The notes: generated from the sequence alone by a model not told the origin. 63,031 nucleotides of DNA, filler included, from Octopus bimaculoides (GCF_001194135.2; 5 parts of 5 records of this genome joined end to end with filler, not necessarily neighbours in it), one strand, 5' to 3'. Shown: positions 12,658 through 25,099, counted from the first letter of the whole stretch. Made by a program: numbers and translations.

Positions 12658-13017
12658 ACTCACACACATGCACACACACAAACATACACACATGCACACA
12701 CACACATATGCACGAACACATGCACATCTGCACAGGCATGTACATGTGCACATGCATGTACACACACAGTCATGCACACACACACATGCATGCATATTTC
12801 TTCCTTTTACTTCATCTCTATGTATGCATGTATATATATATCCCTTTCCCCTCTTTCTCTCACTCCATCTCTCTCTTTCTCGCTCCCTCTCTCTCCCTCT
12901 CTCTCTCTCACTCCCTTTCTCTCTCGCTGCCTCTCTCTCTCTCTCGCTCCCTCTCTCTCTTGCTCCCTTCCTCTCTCTCTCTTCCCCTCTTTCTGTCTGT
13001 CTGTCTGTCATTCTGTT

Positions 13018-13091
<74 letters not shown>

Positions 13092-13560
13092 AGCATGAAT
13101 AAACATATATATACCTATACATATATGCAAGAATATTTACTGCCGTTACTTGGGTTTTAATCACAGGTTTGTAGAATTTACTGCAAGTCTCACATGCAGT
13201 TTTCACTAACATATTTGATTCCTGAGAGATGAAAATCTGCATTTGTGAAATTTGCACATGCATTTGCGATTAATAATATGTATGTATGGCAATATGTGTG
13301 TGTGGGGGGGGGGCACATGTGTGTGCATCAGTCTTTGTATGTATGTGTGTATGAATTTTTATCTGTGTCTATATAAAGTGTATAATTGCTGCATCAGGCC
13401 AGAGTGCATATATGAATACATACATACATGCCACCATGGAAAAAGCAGACATAAATAAAAAACAACCATGATTATGGTCTCGATGGTGATGATGATGATA
13501 ATGATGATATCGGGGTTGAGGACTATATATGTATTTATATTGAAAGTGATTGTTAGATAG

Positions 13561-13597
<37 letters not shown>

Positions 13598-13624
13598 NNN
13601 NNNNNNNATACATATATATACATC

Positions 13625-13678
<54 letters not shown>

Positions 13679-13828
13679 ACACATAAATATGTATATATGT
13701 ATGTTTATGTATATGTGTGGATGTATGTATTTATATGTATATACATGTATGCATATATATATGTATGTCTGTGTGTGTGTGTATTTATGTATATGTATAT
13801 GCATGTGTGTATATATATATGCCATATA

Positions 13829-14198
13829 TGAGTGGGAAGAGCAAAATAATATGCAGTTCAATGCAAACAAATTTCAAGTACTGCGCTACAAAGCCACAAG
13901 TGCCTCCCAACTGGCATACACAGGACCTGGAGGTACTGCAATCCCAGAACCTCAAACAGTAAGAGATCTGGGCATCAATATGTGTAGTGATGCATCATTT
14001 CACATGCACATTGTCAAGTTGACAGCAAAGTGCAGACAACTGGCAGGGTGGATACTGAGGACATTCCGTACAAGGGATCAAAAAGTCATGTTGACTCTGT
14101 GGAAGACATTTGTTCTGAGCCGCCTAGACTATTGCTCTCAGTTGTGGTCACCACACAGTGTTAAGCGGACAGCAGAACTCGAGGCAATTCAGCGGCAC
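13829..14198 (+). mobile_element. CR1/L2-clade LINE reverse transcriptase C-terminal fragment
   Basis: [20 protein letters not shown]...VRDLGI...LAGWILRTFRTRD...LWKTFVLSRLDYCSQLWSPH...ELEAIQR is the typical CR1 post-RT region. It runs into a gap of about 700 N. Confidence 0.9.
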
Positions 14199-16121
14199 NN
14201 NNNNNNNNNNNNNNNNNNNNNNNNNNNNNNNNNNNNNNNNNNNNNNNNNNNNNNNNNNNNNNNNNNNNNNNNNNNNNNNNNNNNNNNNNNNNNNNNNNNN
14301 NNNNNNNNNNNNNNNNNNNNNNNNNNNNNNNNNNNNNNNNNNNNNNNNNNNNNNNNNNNNNNNNNNNNNNNNNNNNNNNNNNNNNNNNNNNNNNNNNNNN
14401 NNNNNNNNNNNNNNNNNNNNNNNNNNNNNNNNNNNNNNNNNNNNNNNNNNNNNNNNNNNNNNNNNNNNNNNNNNNNNNNNNNNNNNNNNNNNNNNNNNNN
14501 NNNNNNNNNNNNNNNNNNNNNNNNNNNNNNNNNNNNNNNNNNNNNNNNNNNNNNNNNNNNNNNNNNNNNNNNNNNNNNNNNNNNNNNNNNNNNNNNNNNN
14601 NNNNNNNNNNNNNNNNNNNNNNNNNNNNNNNNNNNNNNNNNNNNNNNNNNNNNNNNNNNNNNNNNNNNNNNNNNNNNNNNNNNNNNNNNNNNNNNNNNNN
14701 NNNNNNNNNNNNNNNNNNNNNNNNNNNNNNNNNNNNNNNNNNNNNNNNNNNNNNNNNNNNNNNNNNNNNNNNNNNNNNNNNNNNNNNNNNNNNNNNNNNN
14801 NNNNNNNNNNNNNNNNNNNNNNNNNNNNNNNNNNNNNNNNNNNNNNNNNNNNNNNNNNNNNNNNNNNNNNNNNNNNNNNNNNNNNNNNNNNNNNNTATAT
14901 ATATGTATGTATATGCATATATAAATGTATGTATATGCATATATATCTTTATATATATAATATGTAAGGTAGGCATATATCCAGCTATATTTTTTCAAAC
15001 ATATTCGATGATATTATTCTCACCTCAGTTGGTCACTCTAGCCAATCATATTTGGTGATTTTCATAATGTTTCTTGTTGTGAGTCATCGTCTTTCTTTTA
15101 TCTCTGATTGCCGAAGAGTTTACACTTCATTAACCGTGTAGCCGCTTCTTCTATAACTGATACAGCTATTATTAGGAATGCAATGGCCGTTATTATTATT
15201 GTCATAATCATCATCATCATCATCATCAATGTTGTTGTTGTCATGATGATGATGTGGGTGGTGATATGACAGAATCAGTAAAGGACTGAAGAAAATTCTT
15301 TGTTGCATCCCATTATGCATTTCTATATTATCTGTTCAAATCCCATCAGATTTAACGTTTAGTTTTATCTTTCCAGATTCAATGTAAAATAAGTACCAGT
15401 AAAATACCAGGGTTAATAGCACTGACTGTGCCAATTATTGTAAAACTCCATATTCATTTTGACACTTCTACCTAGCACTTGGTTATCATGTGTTGATTAT
15501 TGTCTGTTGCGGTTAATTTTATCAGGTCACTAATCGAAAATTAACATCCCCACTTCATCCATCTAAAAAATATCATGGGATAGCCCTTACTGTTATGACT
15601 AAATTTTTTAAAGGACATTGGTGAATTGGTAGAATTATTTATAGTAAGACAATATGCCTTGTGGCATATATACTGGCTCTTTATGTTTGGAGTCCAAATA
15701 CTACTGATGTTAGCTTTGCTTTTTATCTCTCTGGGGCTGATAAAACAAAGTACTAGTGAAAATATAATAGAGTATATCACTCCTCTGAATTCAAAACCTT
15801 CTGCCCAAGTCTATGGTTGTTATTATTATTATTCAAGTCCTTCTTATCGTTTTCAATTTCCTTCTGAACAAGAATTTGTGAGTGATGAAGCTTGTGAGAG
15901 AAGTGCATTCCTCTTGTGAATTCTTCAGGAATGTCACTATAATACAAACACTTGGATAAGATGGACCTATATGTTGGCAGACAAATGCTAGAATGGGGCA
16001 CTAGCCCTCAGTTATCAGTGTGAACTTGGATCTGTGAAAAGTTTACTGATTACCCCCTATTGAGTTCTACCCGTACCTGTAAAACTGACACTGTCATCCA
16101 TGTTTTGATATATTTGTATAT

Positions 16122-16646
16122 AGAAGCATCAGTTGTGGCGTGCAAGAGAGACGATTGCGCTGGTATGGACATGTGGTGAGAATGGAGGAGGATAGCTGCG
16201 TGAAAAAGTGCCACACCCTAACAGTTGAGGGAACCCGTGGAAGAGGTAGGCCCAGGAAGACCTGGGCTGAGGTGGTGAGGCAAGACCTTCGTACATTGGG
16301 CCTCACCGAGGCGATGACTACGGACCGAGACCTTTGGAAATGGGCTGTGCGTGAGAAGACCCGGCAAGCCAAGTAAGATCGTTGCCAGTGCCCCTGGACT
16401 GGCTTGTGCGGGTGGCACATAAAAGACACCATTTCGAGCGTGGCCGTTTTCGTGCGGGTGACACGTAAAAGCACCCACTACACTCTCTGAGTGGTTGGCG
16501 TTAGGAAGGGCATCCAGCTGTAGAAACTCTGCCAAATCAGACTGGAGCCTGGTGTTGCCATCCGGTTTCACCAGTCCTCAGTCAAATCGTCCAACCCATG
16601 CTAGCATGGAAAGCGGACGTTAAACGATGATGATGATGATGATGAT
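16122..16646 (+). mobile_element. RTE LINE, 5'-truncated 3' end with UTR and (GAT)n tail
   Basis: QERRLRWYGHVVRMEEDSCVKKCHTLTVEGTRGRGRPRKTW...DRDLWKWAV* followed by UTR and aaacgatgatgatgat. CpGs are retained, so the copy is young. Confidence 0.9.
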
Positions 16647-16804
16647 TACGTATTCTTTTTATCTCATTGCTACTTAAAATTTCTTTGACAGATTTTATGT
16701 AAACACCCATTGCATATATAACCTGTTTTTGTAATGTCCTCTTCATCCAATGTCCTTCAAGCCAACAAAAGAAATAATTTCTATTAATATCACTATCAAT
16801 TTTA

Positions 16805-16995
16805 AGGTGGTGAGCTGGTAGAGCTGCAATCATGTCAAGCAAAATGCTAAGCAGCATTTCATCCATCTTTACATCTTCATCAAATTCTGCCAAGGATTTC
16901 AGGGTTGATATAAATAAGTACCAATTGAGCATTAGGGTTAATGTAACTGACTTAATCCCTGCCCCAGAACTACTGGCCTTGTGCCAAAATTTGAA
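16805..16995 (+). mobile_element. SINE family A, decayed copy
   Basis: ggtggtgagctggtagag head and ggccttgtgccaaaatttgaaa tail. Confidence 0.7.
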
Positions 16996-17735
16996 ATGAC
17001 TATTACTATCAATTTTAAAATATTTTTTACTTATTTCTTTTTTATTATCGAGAAGTTGATATAACAATATCATTACAAACATTATATCCATATCATCATC
17101 AGCCTCGACCCTTTCAACTTCCTGCCCGTCTTGTTATTATTATGATCATCTTAATCCACCTCATTTTCATTATTATCAGGATCATAATTATCATTTGCTG
17201 CATCATTATTATCATAATTAGTATCCTTCGCTTAATCATCAATGTTATTATCATTTTTATTACAATTATCCTCCTCTACCTTCTCCTCAACGCTATTCTG
17301 ATTATCACTATCACCCTTCTCCCACTCCCCATTATTATCATTATCATTAGCATTACTTATTTTACCTCCTCTTTATTAAGCAGAACAACAAATACATATT
17401 TCATCAGTATGATGCAGTTAGTGTTTGACCCTCATCAGTACTGATACAGCAAACTGATTGGCCAAAGGTTTTCCAGTCAATCTGCTTGTCACTTCCTCTC
17501 TATGTCTCCCTCTTACTCCATATAATTGTCTTATTTTCTCTCCTTTTTCTTCCACTTTATTTCTTTGTCTCTCTCTATATGTCTTGCTTTCCCACTAATC
17601 ATAAGCCTAATTATCACTGTTATTTTAAGACTTTCTAGGATGAAGAACCAGCAGCACTGGATATTTACCATTAAGTAAATTAAGTATGTGCTTAGGGCAT
17701 CAAAAGAAGTGGGCAGGGGACAACAGAAACTAGCT

Positions 17736-17968
17736 GCAAGCTGGCAGACACATTAGCATGCCGGGTGAAATGCTTGGCGGTATTTTGTCTGCCATTACGT
17801 TCCGAGTTCAAATTCTGCTGAGGTGGACTTTGCCTATCATCCTTTCGGGGTCGTTAGATTAAGTACCAGTAATGCACTGGGGTCGATGTAATCGACTTAA
17901 TCCCTTTGTCTGTCCTTGTTTGTCCACTCTATGTTTAGCTCCTTGTGAGCAATAAAGAAACAAGAAAC
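17736..17968 (+). mobile_element. SINE family A, full length (ttgtccttgtttgtcc...ttgtgagcaataaag tail)
   Basis: A-box-like gctggcag, B-box-like gagttcaaattc, central atcctttcggggtcg...taagtaccag domain. Confidence 0.85.
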
Positions 17969-18008
17969 AGTAAAGGGTTTACAGCACAAAAGAAATCACC
18001 TTAAACTT

Positions 18009-18046
<38 letters not shown>

Positions 18047-18079
18047 CACACACACACATACACAGACAAACATATACAA

Positions 18080-18245
18080 ATATATGATGGTCTTTCAGTT
18101 TCCATCTATCAAATTCACTCACAAGGCTTTAGTCAGCCCAAAGTTATAGCAGAAAGCCCTTGGTAAAGGTTCCACATGATAGGACTGAAACTAAAACCAT
18201 GTAGTTAGGAAGCGAACCTCTTACCACATAGCCATGCCTGTGCCT
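18080..18245 (-). mobile_element. SINE family B, 5' half
   Basis: Reverse of ggcatggctatgtggtaagaggttcgc...ccttgtgagtgaatttgatagatggaaactgaaag. Confidence 0.75.
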
Positions 18246-18426
18246 ATGTAGGAGTTATTTGCATGAGATGTTGTGCAGTTGGACTGAATCCAGGAATGTG
18301 CTACTGTAAAACAAACTACAAACAAATTCCGTCTTCCTGCTCCCATAGCCACAGTATTATTCTCTCTCATTCCCCTTCATTGTTTCATCTGTCCCTTGCA
18401 AATTTACATTCATATCACCCCTGCTA

Positions 18427-18633
18427 CAAGGAGTGCTGAAAAGTTGCTGGCTTTAAGGGTATTGTGAAAGACCTAGTTGGAGGACCAACCTTCCGTGTTC
18501 TTTTTTACAGGCTGAAGGACTGCTGTAATATGTGTGTGAATCTGAGAGGGGAATAAGTTGAATAAACTCATAATTAACTGAACCTCCAGTATTTTCTTTT
18601 ACTCAAAGCCAGGAACTTTTCAGCAACCCCTTA
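18427..18633 (+). mobile_element. Mariner-derived MITE with both terminal inverted repeats
   Basis: Left gtgctgaaaagttgctggcttt and right aaagccaggaacttttcagcaacccc are reverse complements. TA-flanked. Confidence 0.8.
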
Positions 18634-18825
18634 TCCATCATGCTGTCATTCTCAGATGCTTTCACTCAATATATCTTGCATTTTCATGGCGTTTGTCTAA
18701 CTTCATTATGCATCTCACACACATCACCTATCGATATCCCTACTTACCTACCTGCCCACCCACCTACCTACTTACATATATACATAGCTATGTACCCACC
18801 TATCTATCAGTTAGTCTGTCTGTCG

Positions 18826-18857
<32 letters not shown>

Positions 18858-19209
18858 GTCTATTTACCTACTTATCCATCCATCCATCCATCCATCCATC
18901 CATCCATCCATCCATCCATCCATCCATCCATCCATCCATCCATCCATCCATCCATCCATCCGGAGTAGATGGAACAGGAACAACTGAAGAAAGGAAATAT
19001 TCTTTATGCTGCATGTCTCATTTCTCTGTTTTTTTCCTTGTTCGAAAAGAAGTTTGTTTTCTGTCATCGTCTTTATGTTTCCATTTCTCATTGTGTTTAA
19101 CGTTTTTTGTGATATCCTGTACCCATATATGCATGTATGTATACATATAGATGTAGGTGTGTACATATATATATGGAAATATGCATATATTTATATATCA
19201 TTTATGTTG

Positions 19210-19246
<37 letters not shown>

Positions 19247-19465
19247 TATCTATCTGACTGTCTGTCTATCTTTTTATCTGTATGTGTGTATATACATATA
19301 TATATTGATATATATGCACACACAAACACACACACACACTCACATGCATGCATTTCCCTGGCAAATTGTCTATATACTAAACCTTTCACTCAGTATTTCA
19401 CTACATCATGTGCAAATATATATCATTTTCTATCTGCTTATCTCTCTGTTTTCCTTACACCTATA

Positions 19466-19513
<48 letters not shown>

Positions 19514-19861
19514 NNNNNNNNNNNNNNNNNNNNNNNNNNNNNNNNNNNNNNNNNNNNNNNNNNNNNNNNNNNNNNNNNNNNNNNNNNNNNNNNNNNNNNN
19601 NNNNNNNNNNNNNNNNNNNNNNNNNNNNNNNNNNNNNNNNNNNNNNNNNNNNNNNNNNNNNNNNNNNNNNNNNNNNNNNNNNNNNNNNNNNNNNNNNNNN
19701 NNNNNNNNNNNNNNNNNNNNNNNNNNNNNNNNNNNNNNNNNNNNNNNNNNNNNNNNNNNNNNNNNNNNNNNNNNNNNNNNNNNNNNNNNNNNNNNNNNNN
19801 NNNNNNNNNNNNNNNNNNNNNNNNNNNNNNNNNNNNNNNNNNNNNNNNNNNNNNNNNNNNN

Positions 19862-19924
<63 letters not shown>

Positions 19925-19928
19925 TGTG

Positions 19929-19960
<32 letters not shown>

Positions 19961-20176
19961 TATATGTATATACATAATATAATATAGTTACTGGTAGATT
20001 GATTGTATGAGCAAGCATTACATGTATATGTCTACATATAAATAAAAATTAACAAATTCATATGTACCCATGGATATATAAAAAGACATACACACATACA
20101 CACACGCTCACATGTGCTCATGCACGCAAATACACGCAATCACACATCTATATATAAATATATGTATATATATTGC

Positions 20177-20212
<36 letters not shown>

Positions 20213-21330
20213 ACATGTATAAATGTATATAGGTGTATACACATAAACATCTATGTAACTTTCTATCTATCTATACCTATATCTATCTATCTATCTACTC
20301 TCTTTCCTTTCCTGAGCGTCCAATAATACTATCCATATCACGTCCTCACTTTGTTGTTTTTTTTGTTTTTTTGTTACTGTTTTTTTTAACTATATATANN
20401 NNNNNNNNNNNNNNNNNNNNNNNNNNNNNNNNNNNNNNNNNNNNNNNNNNNNNNNNNNNNNNNNNNNNNNNNNNNNNNNNNNNNNNNNNNNNNNNNNNNN
20501 NNNNNNNNNNNNNNNNNNNNNNNNNNNNNNNNNNNNNNNNNNNNNNNNNNNNNNNNNNNNNNNNNNNNNNNNNNNNNNNNNNNNNNNNNNNNNNNNNNNN
20601 NNNNNNNNNNNNNNNNNNNNNNNNNNNNNNNNNNNNNNNNNNNNNNNNNNNNNNNNNNNNNNNNNNNNNNNNNNNNNNNNNNNNNNNNNNNNNNNNNNNN
20701 NNNNNNNNNNNNNNNNNNNNNNNNNNNNNNNNNNNNNNNNNNNNNNNNNNNNNNNNNNNNNNNNNNNNNNNNNNNNNNNNNNNNNNNNNNNNNNNNNNNN
20801 NNNNNNNNNNNNNNNNNNNNNNNNNNNNNNNNNNNNNNNNNNNNNNNNNNNNNNNNNNNNNNNNNNNNNNNNNNNNNNNNNNNNNNNNNNNNNNNNNNNN
20901 NNNNNNNNNNNNNNNNNNNNNNNNNNNNNNNNNNNNNNNNNNNNNNNNNNNNNNNNNNNNNNNNNNNNNNNNNNNNNNNNNNNNNNNNNNNNNNNNNNNN
21001 NNNNNNNNNNNNNNNNNNNNNNNNNNNNNNNNNNNNNNNNNNNNNNNNNNNNNNNNNNNNNNNNNNNNNNNNNNNNNNNNNNNNNNNNNNNNNNNNNNNN
21101 NNNNNNNNNNNNNNNNNNNNNNNNNNNNNNNNNNNNNNNNNNNNNNNNNNNNNNNNNNNNNNNNNNNNNNNNNNNNNNNNNNNNNNNNNNNNNNNNNNNN
21201 NNNNNNNNNNNNNNNNNNNNNNNNNNNNNNNNNNNNNNNNNNNNNNNNNNNNNNNNNNNNNNNNNNNNNNNNNNNNNNNNNNNNNNNNNNNNNNNNNNNN
21301 NNNNNNNNNNNNNNNNNNNNNNNNNNNNNN

Positions 21331-21402
<72 letters not shown>

Positions 21403-21809
21403 TACACACTCACACACACATATATACATATATATATATATATGTATGCGAGTCTGTGTGTAAGTCTAAATATATGCTGTGTAATTGATCTTTTACTAGT
21501 GTTTCATTTTGATTTATGTTATTTTTACCTGTTTTTTTTTTTGTCCCCTCATTTCATCTCATAAAAGAACATTACAAATCTTTGCATTATTCATAACTCA
21601 TTATGTACATGAAAATTAAACATACATACTTGTATACATATACACACACATACATACACATGTACACACACACACACACACATACATTATATGAATATAA
21701 GCATGTACATGCATATACACATGAATGTATGCATCTACGTATATACATACATATACAGATACACACAGACTTAGCCAATGATGTAAAATTAGTGTAAAAC
21801 AAATGTTCC

Positions 21810-21842
<33 letters not shown>

Positions 21843-22008
21843 CATATTTGTATATATAAATGTATATGTGTGTATGTATATGTATATATATATCAACATG
21901 AATATACATACCTACTCCACTCACACACACATATGCACACATAAAATTTTTAACAGAGAACCTAATTATTATTTGCTCAGAATTTTGACTTAACACTTTT
22001 TACCATTC

Positions 22009-22108
22009 NNNNNNNNNNNNNNNNNNNNNNNNNNNNNNNNNNNNNNNNNNNNTTAATTAATTAANNNNNNNNNNNNNNNNNNNNNNNNNNNNNNNNNNNN
22101 NNNNNNNN
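22009..22108. other. Artificial scaffold-join spacer (44 N, TTAATTAATTAA, 44 N)
   Basis: Exactly 100 nt. The 12-mer gives stop codons in all six frames. The identical construct occurs four times in the window. Confidence 0.95.
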
Positions 22109-22180
22109 TATATATATATATATATATTATAATCAAAGAAACAACAAAGCATGAGGTGAAAAGCAGCTGGCAACTCTCAC

Positions 22181-22473
22181 CTGATTGTCCATCTTAAAGC
22201 TCTTGAAAGAATGCGCAGCATCTGTCGGTAGTTTCTGGTAGAGTATCAGCTTATCGTTTGACCATTTATACACCGCCGAAGAGCCACTATGATCTGCAAC
22301 TAATTTGGGTTTCTGGCTTCTATTATGCTTGTTCTGTTTGTGGTTGTTCTGTGAATTACTAGCAAAAGCAGCAAACAGTCCTTCCCCAGGAATTGTAAAC
22401 ACCTCAACATCAACAGCTCCACCGTCGACCTTTATGTCTTGGTACCATTCGAAGTAATCCAACCGACAATTGC
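22181..22473 (-). CDS. TSPEAR: TSPEAR coding exon (293 nt, phase 1 to 0): first EAR/EPTP repeats
   Basis: NCRLDYFEWYQDIKVDGGAVDVEVFTIPGEGLFAAFAS...SSAVYKWSNDKLILYQKLPTDAAHSFKSFKMDNQ matches recalled human RLDYVEEHQ...IEVFRIPQVGLFVATAN...[28 protein letters not shown]. Acceptor cttttacactttag, donor CAG|gtgaga. Confidence 0.93.
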
Positions 22474-23513
22474 CTAAAGTGTAAAAGAAACAAATTTTAA
22501 AGCTGTCAAGAATATAACATGACCCACATCCATTGTGCAATAAAGCGTTGATATTTACAACTATGCTATTTTAAAACAATTTTTCTTTTTAAACTTAATG
22601 GGCTCGTCTGATGTTTAGAAATCGAACAGAAGGTGAATTTACTAGCTAAAGTATCGTCATTAACAAACCAATCCTAAGAAAAAGGAATCCGTGTTAGAGT
22701 CAACAATCGGTTGCATAACTAGGTATGCTGTTCTTTTTATTAATTTTAGGGTGCCAGTCTATGTAGCTTGTTACGATCTTACTTCTGCTCTTTGTCCTGG
22801 CTGCATCCGTTAGAGGGATCTTGATTTGAGAGTTCAAGAGCTTTTGAGGAGTGTGGAACCATTTCTTAGCCACTTGTGTTCTTAGGTCTACTCTAACTCG
22901 GAGTAGTAGCGCCTATTGGGGTCCCAGCTATGATTTGATAAGCATGTCACGGAATTGCCATCGGAAGAATGTCACTCACAGGCACTCCAATGGACCCAGG
23001 ATATGTGGAGCCCATCAGCTCATTAGATGCGCATCTAAGACAAGGTAACACCATACAAATCCTGCATCCTGATAACTACTGGACTCGTGGAACCTGTTGC
23101 ACCAGATCAATACAAATTCGATTATAGTCATCATGCAGGTTATTTAGCAAACCAAGATACCAACACCGTCACACTTTCTTAAATCCTGTGGCGATAGAGA
23201 AAGAGGCGACGGAAACAGATAGAGGATGTTCCCGAAAGTCTGCAGGTGGCCCTTGGGTGATAGTCGTTATTAAGCTATGTGAAGAGCTTAAGAGTCCTTC
23301 CTCAAGGAAAAGATGTATGTGTGTATGCATGTGTGGGTGTGTGTAAGTGTACAGTATATAAATTTGTCTGTGCATGTATGTATATGCGATCTTTTATGAC
23401 ATAACCAAATTATGTTTAAAATGTACCTATCAAAACAATACTAAACTAAATAGTTCAAAATAGGTAGCTTATATTATTTAAAAAGTTCTTTTTCTATATT
23501 TAAAGTTACTTAC

Positions 23514-23648
23514 GAGTCTTAGGTGTATCCTTCCATATTCCATTAACACAGACCTTAAGAAGGTTTTTCTGTAAGTCATACGCCACGTTACCCATATCTT
23601 TCCATGTACAGCTTCCGTCTTCCAACCTTTGAGGTTTATTCCATATCC
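23514..23648 (-). CDS. TSPEAR: TSPEAR coding exon (135 nt, phase 1 to 1): Cys-containing linker between LamG and EAR repeats
   Basis: Hand translation (G)IWNKPQRLEDGSCTWKDMGNVAYDLQKNLLKVCVNGIWKDTPKT(R) resembles recalled human [28 protein letters not shown]. Acceptor cttttgactaacag, perfect donor gtaagt. Absent from the ORF track. Confidence 0.85.
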
Positions 23649-24041
23649 CTGTTAGTCAAAAGAAAATAGCAGGATTCAAAGAACAAACCAAAGCTCGCTG
23701 TTTTTCAAGTAGAGACATCCTTTACTTTTATTTATGCTAAAATCTTTGTACCAATGTAAGCCATTGTAATCAGTAGAGTGTCAAAGGAAAGTATTTGCTA
23801 TATTTGGTTACATCCCTTATGCTCTGTGCTCAAAACTTACTGAGGTTTATTTTTTTTAACATCCTTCTAAGTCTGATAAAATAAGTACTAGCTATATTTT
23901 AAGATCGACACGTTCGACCATACTTCTCCCATTGAGTGCGCGCACATATGTGTGTGCGTGCGTGCTAGTGTGTGTGTGTACCTCTGTGTGTCTGTGCGCA
24001 TGCGTGCGTGTGTTTGAAATCTTCATTATTATTTTTAAAGT

Positions 24042-24342
24042 AACTTCCTGTCCAAAATGCTCCACTTCCATGTCTGCTTCGGGCGTCCTCGCTTCCTTTT
24101 CCCCTGCGGGTTCCAGTCAAGTGATTGTCGTGTCACATTTGAGGGTTCTTTCCGCAGTGTGTGTCCGATCCATCTCCATTTCCTTCGTCTAATCTGAACA
24201 TGTATGAGCCCAGGACCACCGGCCTGACATAGGAAGCAGCCAAAAAACACGCCAATGACCGCAAAAAGTGGAAAATAACTGTTGAGGCCCTATGCTCCAC
24301 AAGGGACAAAAAGGATTAAGAAAAGAAGAAGAACTTCCTGTC
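24042..24342. mobile_element. RTE LINE insertion with 5' inversion and 11-bp target-site duplication, in a TSPEAR intron
   Basis: Minus 24053-24200 encodes QIRRRKWRWIGHTLRK...RGRPKQTWKWSILD. Plus 24204-24318 continues ..RTTGLT*EAAKKHANDRKKWKITVEALCSTRDKKD* with an AAG tail. AACTTCCTGTC occurs at 24042-24052 and 24332-24342. Confidence 0.85.
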
Positions 24343-24534
24343 AGTAGTGTAGTTAAAGTTTCTGCGCTCGGAACGGTATATAAGCTTGAAGGCCATAGTA
24401 GAATACAAATATAAAAAGCTACCCTAAAAAAATGTCGTCCGTAGTGGACCGCCTACGTAATGGACTCCAACCGCATCCCTCTTTAACTATGCTATTACCT
24501 CTTGTAATTTAAGATAGCTTTTGAAAGCGATCCA

Positions 24535-24680
24535 CACTCCCTGTTGATTAAAATTTTCCATCAAAATTTCGTGCTCAAATAAATAATGACAAAGTTATTT
24601 TAATAAATTCTTTATTATTTCAAAATTATATGAAACAAAGACTATGTATTTCAGCAGATATATGGTAACATAAGGGTTAA
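24535..24680 (-). mobile_element. piggyBac-like MITE fragment
   Basis: Ends ggtaacataagggTTAA. Body is the reverse of the family at 61314-61756. Confidence 0.55.
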
Positions 24681-24699
24681 TATTAATTGTAGTAAAAAT

Positions 24700-24850
24700 T
24701 ACTACGTTTGAGTGAAGACTCAAGATCACAAGAATCCGAGTTCAATTCCAGGACGAGGCAGTTCGTTGTGTCCTTGAACAAAGTATTTCTTTTTATGCTG
24801 TTCTCTTGTCTACTCAACTGTAATAATTACCAACCTAGTGCTGGTGCAGA
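24700..24850 (+). mobile_element. tRNA-derived SINE (third family) fragment
   Basis: gagttcaattccagg B-box followed by gttgtgtccttgaacaaag. Related copy at 54085-54200. Confidence 0.55.
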
Positions 24851-25099
24851 CCTCTCTTTCTCCTGCTGTCATATCCTAGATGTTCCGTCGCAGAATAAGG
24901 GGCTCAAGATGGTGTCTATGTCCGTTCGTAACTACCATGACATTGAGAACAATTATCGAATGCTTGGTACACCTTTCCAAGTGATATTCACTCGCGAGTA
25001 TCGCTTGACTGTACTTAGTACTCCTTTATCTTCTTGATCTATATTAACATTTCCCCTGCTTATATATGTGCTTATATTATTATATTAAGAAATTCATCT

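Noticed and set aside
15626-15919. Hydrophobic 97-aa ORF resembling a small membrane protein
   Set aside because: It starts at TTG, runs into (TAT)n and repeat sequence, and has no recognisable homology or splice support.
22740-23310. GC-richer intronic block that might be a further TSPEAR exon
   Set aside because: The flanking exons already splice in frame with continuous homology, and all frames are interrupted. It is probably an old TE relic that I cannot classify.
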